A program made the position numbers and the translations under genes. A stretch of 64,000 bases of DNA, taken from contig OZ059896.1 in the NCBI GenBank assembly GCA_964057225.1, positions 16,182,001-16,246,000 of the forward strand, in the 5' to 3' direction. How positions within the stretch are numbered: position 1 is the first letter of the stretch; every line of letters begins with the position of its first letter. The notes beneath the pieces are model-generated. The model worked only from the letters and a program-made list of their open reading frames with translations, searched no databases and was not told the DNA's origin. The DNA comes from Auanema rhodensis. Taxonomy: Eukaryota > Animalia > Nematoda. This document shows positions 62,965 to 64,000 of this stretch, piece by piece.

Positions 62965-64000
62965 ATGTACGGGTGCTATTGAGAATACACATAACTATTA
63001 AAAACTAAAATAATCTAAATATACTATTATATTATTTAAAAATAGATAATTTACTGAAAATTGATAGTTTTTTAAAATAATTTTTCAATTTTCATTTATT
63101 TTCAATAACTTATAATTATATATATATATATAATATATATATATATATGTATTACTACATACACTATGTATATAAGTATATTATAAAGAGAAATTGTTGA
63201 TTATTAAATTCAAGAAGAAGGGATCAATCAAATAATTTGTTTTCTCAGAAACTAAGAACAATTTAAATTCTTTTTAGATTTAACTATGCTTTTTGGTGTT
63301 TTATAATTTATAAATTATTACCAAATAGTACGAAAATTTAAAAAAAAACATTTAATCAATTGTAGTATTGAAGAGATGTACTAGATTATGATTAACTAGA
63401 TAATAAAAACTCTTTATATAGAGTAATGACTTGAAGAAAAACAAATTTTTAATGAAACTTTTTTTTTATCGCAAATAATTAATTGAACATTTCTCTTTTT
63501 ATGAAAATTAAATAAAAAATATAATGGCAATAAAAAGGGATTTCTGAAGTTTGAAGAAGAATATACATACATGTACATATATTAAATAATAATAAATAAA
63601 TTTTAATGAAAAAAGTATAAAAATAATTGTTCGAATAGTTTTCATTTTTATGTTCAAAAAAGTTCGAATCACGCAATTTCTGAATCTACACTCCTGTATT
63701 CTTGTATCTATAACTTATAATCAAAATCTTAATCAAGCCAAGTTCAAGTTCGTTATCGTTTGAAACAAACTACAGAAAAAAATATTACGAGTATTCAAAA
63801 AGTCCATAGCATAGCATAAATTTTTTCGATTTTTTTTGTAGTTTCAAGGGGGGTTATCTGGGCTCTCTCAAGAGGTTTATAATAAAATATAAACATGTTT
63901 GAATAGTTTATTTTATTTTTTCTAATAATTACCAAATATTTTTATTTCAAATTAAAAAAAAATATGATTTAATTATTTTTATAAACTTAAGGTAACCATT

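Noticed and set aside
63640-63700. GTTCGAATC B-box-like sequence as a tRNA or SINE
   Set aside because: No A-box or cloverleaf in the flanks.
63761-63848. Short inverted repeat (aaactacagaaaaaaat / attttttttgtagttt) as a MITE
   Set aside because: Mostly A/T homopolymer; too little information without a copy-number search.

Overview
AT-rich eukaryotic DNA from a rhabditid-type nematode: ~45-60 nt introns with TTTCAG acceptors and close similarity to C. elegans proteins. The supplied ORFs are mostly exon fragments, so I spliced gene models by hand. Left to right: an internally deleted mariner relic (1-540, -); a Str-class chemoreceptor (-); a UDP-glucuronosyltransferase (-); a PDZ-containing myosin XVIII (-); vps-26 (-); an SLC3 heavy chain (atgp, +); an SLC22 transporter (+); a single-pass LRR protein (-) with a cuticle collagen gene nested antisense in one intron; and a ~21 kb hlh-30 (TFEB/MITF) locus (+). 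I found no rRNA, tRNA, CRISPR array or telomeric array, and nothing that is demonstrably a new biological system. The best leads are: (1) a three-exon far-upstream hlh-30 N-terminus with a TFEB-like Rag-binding motif, one of four candidate alternative N-termini; (2) an LRR receptor with a Toll/18-wheeler-type internal cysteine cluster but no TIR domain; (3) a probable vps-26 to myosin-18 operon through a 2-codon first exon; (4) four Pumilio elements in the hlh-30 3'UTR. All homology calls come from recalled motifs, not database searches.
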